59,540 nucleotides of DNA. Source: Candidatus Omnitrophota bacterium (GTDB taxonomy: Bacteria; Omnitrophota; Gorgyraeia; Gygaellales; Profunditerraquicolaceae). The translations under genes and the position numbers were made by a program. The notes beneath the pieces are model-generated. The model worked only from the letters and a program-made list of their open reading frames with translations. It made no database searches and was not told the DNA's origin. The stretch spans positions 1 through 59,540 of the forward strand of contig JAHIOW010000026.1 of NCBI GenBank assembly GCA_018895075.1, written 5' to 3'. This document shows, piece after piece, positions 1 to 8,429 of this stretch. The stretch's first letter is position 1. The number at the start of each line of letters is the position of its first letter.

Positions 1-72
1 AAACTGCTCCCAATGGTCCCGGAAGATCTGAATGAGCCGGTTTTTATAGTAAATTGGCTTGTTGTCCATCAT
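1..72 (-). CDS. Partial ORF, first 24 codons only (MMDNKPIYYKNRLIQIFRDHWEQF...), runs off the left edge. Identity unknown; weak resemblance to N-termini of IS91-type zinc-binding transposases.
   Basis: Hand translation of the reverse complement of 1..72 (ATG ATG at 72..67). Same strand as all neighbours, 75 nt downstream of the acsB stop. Confidence 0.3.
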   Translation of the reverse strand, partial: MMDNKPIYYKNRLIQIFRDHWEQF

Positions 73-147
73 CGTCTTTTTGTTGATTTTAGCATAATTT
101 GAGATTAAAAGGGTCAATATAATTTCCTATGCTATCAAGCAAAAAAA

Positions 148-2328
148 TTATAACAAGCCAGGCATCTCTAGGGCAGGGTGTTTTACCTTCTGTAAGTAAC
201 TCAGTAATTCTTCTGAAGTCACAGCCTGTGTTTCATCAGCGATCCTTTGCGCTAAATCCGGCACCCCTAAATCCTTGGCCCTTTTCTCTAATTTATCACC
301 CAAGAGTTCTTTTAGCTCTTTGGGCATCCAGACTACTCTTTTTAGGCTGCCTTCAGCCGAGATGAATTTCTTACTGACGATATATAATTTACCTATACCT
401 AAAAAACCGGGGGTCTGTACGCCGCCACCTACTGAACCAGCCAATGTGGTAAAGCTCATCCCGCAGGGAGTCATGCCTGAATAATCCCGGTGGACAATCA
501 TAAACCCGTTTGCCTCGGGAATTATGGCCACAATACACTCGAAACATCCACATGAGGACTGCGGCGAATCCATCAATGAATACATACTTACCTTTTCAAT
601 GTTCTTGTTAGATTTCTGATATACAAAGTCATTTATATTCTTCCATTGGCCGAGTTTTTCCTCGAGTAACTCTCCCTTGGCTACAGGCTGATTTGGTCCT
701 GTAGGGGTAATTTCATAAGACGCCTTACCATCCAGCCAGGAATATGCGCCGCAGAGCCCCAGACGTTCAGGAGTGATAATACAGACGTGATTAGGGGCAA
801 ACGATTGGCACAAAGTGCATGAGTAGAACGTATCCACGCTCTCATCAGTCATTCCCATAATTCTTTCATCGCGTTCTTCATAGGCCTTCTTAGCCTGCGG
901 TAGGAGTTTCTCGACATCAGGCTGTTTTGTATAAATCTTTACTTCTACCTTATCCACAATCGCGCTATATTCCTGATGCAGCATCGCATGCAGTATAACG
1001 CCTATATGTTTAAGCCGGAACCCTTTATTAAAGGCATCAATAGATACTCTCATCCAGTTCATATCCCGCTGGCCGATATGCATTATGCCCATAGCATAAT
1101 TTATAAAACGGTGTATCTGGCGTTCTAAGATTGGCTCAAAATCCTTCTGCATTTTACGGCCGGCCACATCTACAATAATTGCCAGAGGCATAAATTTTTT
1201 ATTCTCCTCTAACTGGTCTATATCCGGGCCGATCAGCTCTACTTTACCGTCTTGGATCTGGTCTAGATTTTTGCTAGTCAAATACTCAAAAGAGAGGCTC
1301 GCCTTAGCGCCAAATTCAGCATGCAACTGCTCCTTTCTTACGCGCTCTCCTTCAAATGCCGCGGCGTAGGCAACGGGTATGGGAACATGAGCAACCTTTA
1401 CCTTAACCCCCCTTACCTCAATACAGCGTGAGACAATCTTTTTATAATCTAATTCTTTGACCAATGCCTCGTAACTTGTAATCCCCGAAGGCCTTATCTC
1501 TGGAATATCAGTATCTGCGATTATGGGAAAACCCATATTGATTGCACCGGCGCCCGTAGCATATTTTATGTCGTCCAGTTTACCCAAAACTAAACCAAAG
1601 GCAAAGACACGTTCTTTGGTGTACAAAAGGCATTTTTCTGCCTGGCCGGGCTTTAAACCCCCAAAGGTTAAAGCCGAACGTATTGCCCAATTCAGGGGAT
1701 ATATAGCCGAGATAGTATCCCGGCCATAAGGGACAATGTAATTATCCCAGCCCATCTGCACATTTTCCTCTAATAACTGGTCAATTATCGAGCGGCCGCC
1801 AGCCGCAGAACCGACAAATACCAATATATTCCTCTCTTGTAACTGCCGCACAATCTCTACCGCTGTCTTATTGTCAGGCGCAGCCCCTAAAATTGCGGCA
1901 AATCCCGGCATCCGGCCGTCTACAAGTTGTATCCCTAATGAACGCATAATAGTATCGGTAAAAAATCCATTGCAATCTTTTTGCGGTTCCTCGCCCATTA
2001 AATAACGCAGCGCGACAATTATCTCTTCAGATAATAAGGCGGCTATCCCGGCATCAAGGGCATTCCCTAAATAGGGAAGCCAGACCTTCTCTTCTGGGAC
2101 AGGAGGCAATAAGGACCTGGCATGCTCTAAGACAGGCGAAACATCCTTTAGGGTCTCAACCTTGATACCCATCAGGGCGTAGGTCAGGGGCAAATAGAAT
2201 GCGGTTTCAGGAAAACCGATCTTGGCATCAGGCCCCTTCTCTTTAATTGTCTTATCCAGAAAATCCGCTGCCTGCTTAAAAATATCATGTGCGCCCCTTA
2301 TAACCGCTGCTGCCACAACCTTAGACAT
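148..2328 (-). CDS. acsB: Acetyl-CoA synthase (CO-methylating), bacterial AcsB type
   Basis: 726 aa, a length typical of AcsB. A-cluster Cys-Gly-Cys region SPQSSCGCFECIV plus CTLCQSFAPNHVC. Adjacent to cooS/cooF. Confidence 0.93.
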   Translation of the reverse strand: MSKVVAAAVIRGAHDIFKQAADFLDKTIKEKGPDAKIGFPETAFYLPLTYALMGIKVETLKDVSPVLEHARSLLPPVPEEKVWLPYLGNALDAGIAALLSEEIIVALRYLMGEEPQKDCNGFFTDTIMRSLGIQLVDGRMPGFAAILGAAPDNKTAVEIVRQLQERNILVFVGSAAGGRSIIDQLLEENVQMGWDNYIVPYGRDTISAIYPLNWAIRSALTFGGLKPGQAEKCLLYTKERVFAFGLVLGKLDDIKYATGAGAINMGFPIIADTDIPEIRPSGITSYEALVKELDYKKIVSRCIEVRGVKVKVAHVPIPVAYAAAFEGERVRKEQLHAEFGAKASLSFEYLTSKNLDQIQDGKVELIGPDIDQLEENKKFMPLAIIVDVAGRKMQKDFEPILERQIHRFINYAMGIMHIGQRDMNWMRVSIDAFNKGFRLKHIGVILHAMLHQEYSAIVDKVEVKIYTKQPDVEKLLPQAKKAYEERDERIMGMTDESVDTFYSCTLCQSFAPNHVCIITPERLGLCGAYSWLDGKASYEITPTGPNQPVAKGELLEEKLGQWKNINDFVYQKSNKNIEKVSMYSLMDSPQSSCGCFECIVAIIPEANGFMIVHRDYSGMTPCGMSFTTLAGSVGGGVQTPGFLGIGKLYIVSKKFISAEGSLKRVVWMPKELKELLGDKLEKRAKDLGVPDLAQRIADETQAVTSEELLSYLQKVKHPALEMPGLL

Positions 2329-3592
2329 ATACCGACTCCTTTTCTTTTACAAAATCTATAATATCAGGATAACCAAAGTTTTCTTGGAGTAATCTATCTT
2401 TAAAAGAGGCGACATTAATCCTTTCTCTAATCAATCTTAAGAATACGCCGCTATTCTTTATATCGCCCGCCAATATTACGCCTGTTAAGAAATTATCCCT
2501 TAGGATTAATTTTTTATACCGGCCTGCCTTGGCATCGGATATCTTCAGTTCTTCAAACAAATTGCTCTCTTCTTTCTTGATTTTGTATATCCCCAAAGAT
2601 ATTACCGGCAGTCCAAAGAATTCTATAGAATTCATACCTAAAGAACCTGTATAGTTAATGTTTTCTCCGGCCATATTTGCCCCGGCAATCCTTCCCTGCT
2701 CAACCGCAACAGGCCAGAGGGCATTAACGCAAAGCCTACCCAGGACTAAATCAAAGCTCTCGCATACATCTCCGGCAGTATAAATATTGGATATATTAGT
2801 TTGCAGAAGCGTACTGGCGATTATACCCTCATTTATTTTAATCTGGGTCTCTTTTATTAAATCTGTATTGGGCGCTACTCCCTTACCTACCATTATCAGG
2901 GAACAGCCATATACCTTGCCAGAATCAAGTTTGACTGCTTTTATTTCACCTTCTCCAATGATTTCCTTAACATCCTGGCCTAAAATTATCTCTATTCCAT
3001 TCTCTTCTAATCTCTGTTGCAGGAGACAGGCAGCTTCAAAATCTAACATCTGAGATAAGACCTGTTTAGATTTCACAACCACCTTTACCTGGACGCCCCT
3101 TTTCCTAAGGGCATATGCTGCCTTAAGCCCCACAAGGCCGCCTCCTAAGACACAGGCCGTCTTAGTAATCGGTAACAGTCCCTGTATATCATTTATATCT
3201 TTCATTGTCCGCAAGCCGAATACCCCTCTTTTTTTAATACCTGGAATATCCTGAGGAAATTTGGAGCTGGCGCCGGTAGCAATCAGTAGATAGTCATATC
3301 CCAACTGGTTCTTATCTTCAAAAATAACCCGGTTCTTTCTGGGGTCAACCTTGCTGACTTTTTTATTTAACAAAAGTTCTATATTATTTTCTTTGTAAAA
3401 ACTTTCCGGCCGGTATAAAATCTTCTCTTCTTTTATATCCTGCGCTAAATAATAAGAGATCAGGCAGCGGCAATAAGCCGGGTAGTCCTCATCAGAGATA
3501 ACGACAATCTTGGATTCTTTATCTCGCTTACGGATTGCCTCAACCGCGGCAATCCCTGCCGCTGAATTCCCGATAATAATATATTGTTTCAT
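2321..3592 (-). CDS. FAD/NAD(P)-dependent pyridine-nucleotide-disulfide-family oxidoreductase, CODH-associated (CooS-CooF-FNOR type context)
   Basis: N-terminal GxGxxG (IIIGNSAAGIAAVEA) and a second dinucleotide fold (VLGGGLVGLKAAY). ATG at 3592 preferred over the GTG at 3598. Confidence 0.85.
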   Translation of the reverse strand: MKQYIIIGNSAAGIAAVEAIRKRDKESKIVVISDEDYPAYCRCLISYYLAQDIKEEKILYRPESFYKENNIELLLNKKVSKVDPRKNRVIFEDKNQLGYDYLLIATGASSKFPQDIPGIKKRGVFGLRTMKDINDIQGLLPITKTACVLGGGLVGLKAAYALRKRGVQVKVVVKSKQVLSQMLDFEAACLLQQRLEENGIEIILGQDVKEIIGEGEIKAVKLDSGKVYGCSLIMVGKGVAPNTDLIKETQIKINEGIIASTLLQTNISNIYTAGDVCESFDLVLGRLCVNALWPVAVEQGRIAGANMAGENINYTGSLGMNSIEFFGLPVISLGIYKIKKEESNLFEELKISDAKAGRYKKLILRDNFLTGVILAGDIKNSGVFLRLIRERINVASFKDRLLQENFGYPDIIDFVKEKESVYV

Positions 3593-3597
3593 TTGCA

Positions 3598-4098
3598 CTA
3601 TTCCTTACAAGGGACTGTCCCCGAAGGGGACTGTCCCTTGACAGCTGCTGGCAACTCTATTTCCTCCTGCCAAAGAATCGCTCCCGTAGGACAGGCCTTA
3701 ACGCAACTAGGCTCATCTTTATCCTGGCATTTATCGCAGCGTAGCGGTATCTTTGTCTTTACATTAGGCCTAATCGCCCCATAAGGACAAACCATCACGC
3801 ACATCCAACAACCTACGCAACGGCTCTCATCATGGAAGACCATGCCTTTTTCTTTATCATAGACGAGGGCAGCAGCCATACAGGCATCCACGCAAATAGG
3901 GTCTTTACAATGCCGGCAAGAAACTGGATAATTTTTATCTTTATGATGCAATACCTTTTTTCTGGGCAACGATAAGACTTCTTCCCGGATAGCGCTAAAG
4001 AGTGTTTCGCTTTTTGAATGCGCAACCGCACAGGCAATCTCGCAGGACTTACAACCCAGGCATTTTTTTACATCGTAATATAACTTCTTCATCTTCAT
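3598..4098 (-). CDS. cooF: CooF-like 4Fe-4S dicluster ferredoxin
   Basis: Four Cys clusters: CLGCKSCEIAC, CRHCKDPICVDAC, CVGCWMCVMVCP, CDKC..CVKACP. The C-terminal tail (KGQSPSGTVPCKE) is encoded by a palindromic repeat. Confidence 0.9.
   Translation of the reverse strand: MKMKKLYYDVKKCLGCKSCEIACAVAHSKSETLFSAIREEVLSLPRKKVLHHKDKNYPVSCRHCKDPICVDACMAAALVYDKEKGMVFHDESRCVGCWMCVMVCPYGAIRPNVKTKIPLRCDKCQDKDEPSCVKACPTGAILWQEEIELPAAVKGQSPSGTVPCKE
3611..3637. repeat. GGGACTGTCCCC-GAA-GGGGACTGTCCC double palindrome (type B GGGAC element)
   Basis: Near-identical copy at 45876..45903. Confidence 0.85.
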
Positions 4099-4135
4099 AG
4101 GGACACCCTATCTGCTAATCGGGAAGGTGTCCCCT
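4099..4135. repeat. AGGGACACCCT ... AAGGTGTCCCCT hairpin (type A GGGAC element)
   Basis: Inverted repeat in the cooS-cooF spacer. Confidence 0.8.
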
Positions 4136-4148
4136 ACCCATTAGTTCT

Positions 4149-4184
4149 AGGGACACCCTTAGCTTTAGCAAAAAGGGTGTCCCT
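4149..4184. repeat. Perfect 12-bp inverted repeat AGGGACACCCTT / AAGGGTGTCCCT with a 12-nt loop (type A)
   Basis: The same element, in inverted orientation, occurs at 52932..52967; the loop cores AGCTTTAGC and AGCTAAAGCT are close to reverse complements of each other. Confidence 0.85.
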
Positions 4185-4188
4185 GAGT

Positions 4189-6096
4189 TTATTGGTACAT
4201 AACCGGCTTCAACTTCAAGGCCTGTCTTTTTTTATCAATATGCTCAATCATAATCTTAGCCATCTGCATAGGTTCAGCGCAAAATTCAAACCGGCCACCC
4301 ACAATAGACTCTAAATCTTTAGTGAGATAATCGGTGAGATTTTTGCTTCCCAGCGTAGCAAATGGACTGGCACCAAAGACAGTATAGACACCCGAGGCGA
4401 CAAAATAAAAGCCGATTGTGATTGCCTTCTCAGACATCCACTCCGGCGCGCAACCTGCCGCAGGGATATCTGATAAATCCTCTCCTAGCCCACCCTCTTT
4501 TATAATATAGGAGGCAGCGGTTAATATACGCGAATTATCTACACAAGAGCCTAAATGTAAAACCGGCGGAATACCTACTGCTTCACAGATTTCCTGTAAG
4601 CCGCGGCCGGCGTATTCCTTGGCTGCCTCGGGAATCAATAATCCGTGTTTGGCGCAGGCAATAGCTGAACATCCAGTCTGCAACACCAAGACGTCGTTCT
4701 TTATCAGCTCTTTTACTAAAGTAGTATGAAAATAATCATGTGTCTGCTTGGGATTATTACAACCCACCACTCCGGCTAAGCCGCGCAACCTACCTGAAAT
4801 GATTGCCTCATTTAAAGGTTTATAGGTAGCCCGGTATTTACCGCCCAAGATTTGAAAAATAATCTCCTTGGTAAAACCGGCTACTAAATCCATCTCTTGT
4901 TTAGGGATATTCACTCTCTCTTTATTACGCTTCGTAAAATTTTCAATACCCGATTTGATAATCTGTTTGGCTACCTCATAGGCATTCTCCGGCTTGAATT
5001 CAATGTGGTTGACCCCCGGAAAACGCGCCTTGGGATTTGTGGTAATAAGTTTGGTGTGAAAACAAGTGGCGACCTCAGCTAACGCCGGCATAATACACTG
5101 CACGTCTACTATCATTACCTCAACCGCCCCGGTAATAATGGCTAATTCTTGTTGCAGGAAATTCCCCGCCACAGGTATGCCATGGCGCATTAAAACTTCA
5201 TTGGCAGTGCAACAGATACCCGCTAAATTGATCCCTTCTGCGCCCACGCCCTTGGCTAATTTAATTAATTCCGGGTCTTTGCTAGCCTTAACCGCCATCT
5301 CGGATAAAATGGGTTCATGGCCATGGACCACGATATTTACATAATTTTCTTTTAATACCCCTAAGTTAACTTTACCTCTGATAGGTACAGGCGCGCCTAA
5401 AATCACATCCTGTAAATCAGTAGCCACCATTGAGCCGCCCCATCCGTCAGAAAGGGCGCAGCGCAGGCCGGTATTGACCAGATTTTTATAGTCATTATCT
5501 ACGCCCATGGTAGTGGTATGTAATAATTCTACTATTTCTCTATCTATGCCGCGGGGCGCAATATTTAATTTCTTCCAAATGGCTTGTCGTTTTTTCGGTG
5601 CCCGTTTTAAAAATACAAGTTCACCCTCTTGTCTACCGAATTCCTCCAGCAATTTTTTAGAAAGAGCTTTGGTAATTTCTTCTTTTGTTTTATTAATATC
5701 GATACCGAATTCTTGCGCCAAATCTTTAAGTTTCTCAATATCTGATATCCCATAATCATGGGTATGACCTTCGGATAATAAAGATAAAGTATGGGCTACA
5801 TCCCTGCCGTGGTCAGAATGGGCAGAAGCACCTACTGCGACCTTACGCACTAAATTCCTGGCGGCAATGGTATCGGCATTGGCACCACAGACGCCCACAC
5901 TGGCCCCCTCGCCAAAAGGATCAATCCGGCAAGGCCCCATATCGCAGACAGTACAACATAGGCCCAATTGTCCAAATCCGCACTGCGGCTCTTGCGATTC
6001 TAATCTATCCCAGGCGGTCTTGATATTTTCTGCTTGTGCCTTTTTTAAGATTTCTTGCGTAGCCAAATCTATAGACTTCTGTTTACTATCTGACAT
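4189..6096 (-). CDS. cooS: Anaerobic Ni-Fe carbon monoxide dehydrogenase catalytic subunit
   Basis: About 635 aa. N-terminal CGFGQLGLCCTVCDMGPC cluster motifs; typical CooS/AcsA length. GGAGG sits 6 nt upstream of the ATG at 6096. Confidence 0.93.
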   Translation of the reverse strand: MSDSKQKSIDLATQEILKKAQAENIKTAWDRLESQEPQCGFGQLGLCCTVCDMGPCRIDPFGEGASVGVCGANADTIAARNLVRKVAVGASAHSDHGRDVAHTLSLLSEGHTHDYGISDIEKLKDLAQEFGIDINKTKEEITKALSKKLLEEFGRQEGELVFLKRAPKKRQAIWKKLNIAPRGIDREIVELLHTTTMGVDNDYKNLVNTGLRCALSDGWGGSMVATDLQDVILGAPVPIRGKVNLGVLKENYVNIVVHGHEPILSEMAVKASKDPELIKLAKGVGAEGINLAGICCTANEVLMRHGIPVAGNFLQQELAIITGAVEVMIVDVQCIMPALAEVATCFHTKLITTNPKARFPGVNHIEFKPENAYEVAKQIIKSGIENFTKRNKERVNIPKQEMDLVAGFTKEIIFQILGGKYRATYKPLNEAIISGRLRGLAGVVGCNNPKQTHDYFHTTLVKELIKNDVLVLQTGCSAIACAKHGLLIPEAAKEYAGRGLQEICEAVGIPPVLHLGSCVDNSRILTAASYIIKEGGLGEDLSDIPAAGCAPEWMSEKAITIGFYFVASGVYTVFGASPFATLGSKNLTDYLTKDLESIVGGRFEFCAEPMQMAKIMIEHIDKKRQALKLKPVMYQ

Positions 6097-6114
6097 ATAC
6101 ATCCTCCGTCTTAT

Positions 6115-6990
6115 TTATAATCCTGCGGCCTCCAAAACCAATGGCACTTTTTTATCCCAGCCAATAGGCATAATATGAATGCCCTGACACATGGGTTTTA
6201 ATTCTTTAATCAACCGTGCAGATATCTCTATGGATCTCTTGGCTCTGTCTTCTTTAGGCGCCGCGCTCATTTCATCTATTAAGTTCTGCGGGACAGTGAC
6301 GCCGGCGACATTTTCATTCATATACCTTGCCATCCCTGCAGACTTTAATAAGACTATACCGGCCAATATCGTGGTCTTCAGGTGTTTTATCTTGCTTAAA
6401 AAAATCTCAAAAATATTGATATCATAAACTGCCTGGGTCTGAAAAAATTCAGCCCCGGCCTCTATCTTTTTCTCCATCTTGATAATCTGCGGCTCTAGAG
6501 GATCTGCGCCGGGATTAACTACCGCGCCCACGCAAAATTTGGGGGCTGAACCCTCTAATTTATTTGCCTGCATATCAAAACCTTCCTGAAGTTTTCTTAC
6601 CACTTGCAATAATTGCACTGAATCCAAATCAAATACCGGTTTTGCCTCAGGGTGATCCCCTAAGGTAGTATGGTCACCGGTTAAGATTAAAAGATTCTCA
6701 ATACTTAAGGCTGCGGCAGAAAGGATATCTGACTGCAAGGCAAGACGGTTACGGTCACGGCAGGTTACCTGGAATATCGGCTCAAACCCCTTCTGCTTCA
6801 GGAGACTGCACACTGCCAGAGAACCCAGGCGCATTACCGAACTCTGCAGGTCAGTGACATTAATGGCATCCACCCGTCCACGAATGAGTTCGGCATCCTC
6901 TAATATTGTCTTAGTCTCTATCCCTTTCGGCGGCCCAATCTCCGAAGTCACCAAAAACTTCCCTAATTGTATCTTCTCTTTAAAGGTCAT
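6115..6990 (-). CDS. metF: Methylenetetrahydrofolate reductase
   Basis: 291 aa MetF-family TIM-barrel protein, located between folD and cooS. Confidence 0.88.
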   Translation of the reverse strand: MTFKEKIQLGKFLVTSEIGPPKGIETKTILEDAELIRGRVDAINVTDLQSSVMRLGSLAVCSLLKQKGFEPIFQVTCRDRNRLALQSDILSAAALSIENLLILTGDHTTLGDHPEAKPVFDLDSVQLLQVVRKLQEGFDMQANKLEGSAPKFCVGAVVNPGADPLEPQIIKMEKKIEAGAEFFQTQAVYDINIFEIFLSKIKHLKTTILAGIVLLKSAGMARYMNENVAGVTVPQNLIDEMSAAPKEDRAKRSIEISARLIKELKPMCQGIHIMPIGWDKKVPLVLEAAGL

Positions 6991-7039
6991 ATTTATTTTT
7001 GTTTAATGAACCTACCGATTTTCGCAGTGGAAGAAAATT

Positions 7040-7894
7040 TTAGGGTTCTTGCTGTAACTTTGCCGCCTCGACCAGGTTGCGCATCAACATAGTCACCGTC
7101 AAAGGGCCTACGCCGCCGGGAACAGGCGTAATCCAAGAGGCGCGTTTTTCGGCAGCCTCAAACTCCACATCACCTACAATTTTACCTTCAACCCTATTTA
7201 TACCGACATCAATTACTATTGCCCCCTCTTTAACCCATTCACCCTTAATTAATCCTGCTTTTCCTACTGCCACAATCAGTATCTCGGCCTTCTTTACATG
7301 CTCTTCTAACTTTCCTGCCTTAGATGTCCCGATATGACAAACCGTAACTGTGGCGAATTTATCTAACAGCAAAAGGGCTAAAGGCTTGCCTACAATCTCA
7401 CTATGCCCCACCACCACCACTTCTTTACCGTATAAATCAACCCCTGTTTCCTTTAATAATTCCATTACCGCCGCCGGCGTACAGGGCAACATCTTTGTTT
7501 CCCCGAATATAATCTTTCCTATATTAGCCGGATGTATTGCCTCTACGTCTTTTTCCGGCAGAATAAACTGGCTGATTTTTTTATAATCTATCTGGCCAGG
7601 CAAGGGCATCTGGATAATAATACCATTTATGGATTTATCCGCGTTTAATTTCTTTATAAATTCAATCAGCACGCTCTCGGTAGTATCCTGGCCTAGTTTA
7701 TGCAGCTGATAATCCAGGCCTAAATCAAAAGCGATTTTCTGTTGCGATTTTACATAGGCAGCTGCCCCGGCATTCTCGCCCGCCTGAATACTGGCCAAAA
7801 TCGGTTTATTCTTTAAAGATTGGGCCTGCCGCCTTACTTCCTCTTTTATCTTCTCTGCAATAGGTTTACCTTCTAATAATCTTGCCAACTTCAA
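7040..7894 (-). CDS. folD: Bifunctional methylene-THF dehydrogenase / methenyl-THF cyclohydrolase
   Basis: 284 aa. Conserved FolD features: YVKSQQK, LPLP, VVVVGHSEIVGKP, TPVPGGVGPLT. Confidence 0.93.
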   Translation of the reverse strand: MKLARLLEGKPIAEKIKEEVRRQAQSLKNKPILASIQAGENAGAAAYVKSQQKIAFDLGLDYQLHKLGQDTTESVLIEFIKKLNADKSINGIIIQMPLPGQIDYKKISQFILPEKDVEAIHPANIGKIIFGETKMLPCTPAAVMELLKETGVDLYGKEVVVVGHSEIVGKPLALLLLDKFATVTVCHIGTSKAGKLEEHVKKAEILIVAVGKAGLIKGEWVKEGAIVIDVGINRVEGKIVGDVEFEAAEKRASWITPVPGGVGPLTVTMLMRNLVEAAKLQQEP

Positions 7895-8429
7895 CCTCCG
7901 TTTGTTTCCTTATTTTTTTAATTAATTTGGCCTTACGCTCTAATTCTTTTCTTACGGAGCTAGTCAGTTTCTTCTCGCCCAGCGATTTTAGGTTTATCTC
8001 TACATTAAAATATGCCGCAGTAAAAGCCGATTCTAAAAGAACTGCCGCTACTGCTACATCGCTGATGAGATTGATATTGCCTTTCTTTATCAATGGCGGG
8101 CATAATTTTATCCCCTCAAAGCAAAGCCGACAGGCCATAAAAGGAACATCCAGCGCATCCCGGATATTTTTACTTTTGTAGGCAACTACGTCTAAATCTA
8201 CTAAATTCAGGAATTGTTCTCTCAGTTTCTCGGATTTTTCTAATATTTTCTTTAATTCGTTTTCATATTGAGCATATTTAGGTTTTCCTAAGGTAAAATT
8301 AACTACCATGCTGATTAAAGATGCGCCTACAGATGCGGCTAATGCACTGGCTGAGCCTCCTCCCGGAGCAGGGACTCTGGCTGCTAAATCATCTAAATAT
8401 TTGCTTAAGGTTGATTCTTTATAAATCAT
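7866..8429 (-). CDS. fchA: Cyclodeaminase/cyclohydrolase-family protein (FchA-like methenyl-THF cyclohydrolase)
   Basis: FTCD_C-type N-terminus (LDDLAARVPAPGGGSASALAAS). fhs-fchA-folD order as in acetogens. Confidence 0.85.
   Translation of the reverse strand: MIYKESTLSKYLDDLAARVPAPGGGSASALAASVGASLISMVVNFTLGKPKYAQYENELKKILEKSEKLREQFLNLVDLDVVAYKSKNIRDALDVPFMACRLCFEGIKLCPPLIKKGNINLISDVAVAAVLLESAFTAAYFNVEINLKSLGEKKLTSSVRKELERKAKLIKKIRKQTEVEVGKIIRR

Noticed and set aside
3813-4037. Short minus-strand ORFs nested in cooF (3813..4037), in the 32951 gene (34464..34679) and in the LptA-like gene (39924..40112).
   Set aside because: They are alternative frames of confidently assigned genes and have no independent support.
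4099-4184. Possible CRISPR array, suggested by the repeated GGGAC-type palindromes (also at 52932..53007).
   Set aside because: There are only two units per locus, arranged as inverted (hairpin) rather than direct repeats. Spacing is irregular, and no cas genes or leader are present.
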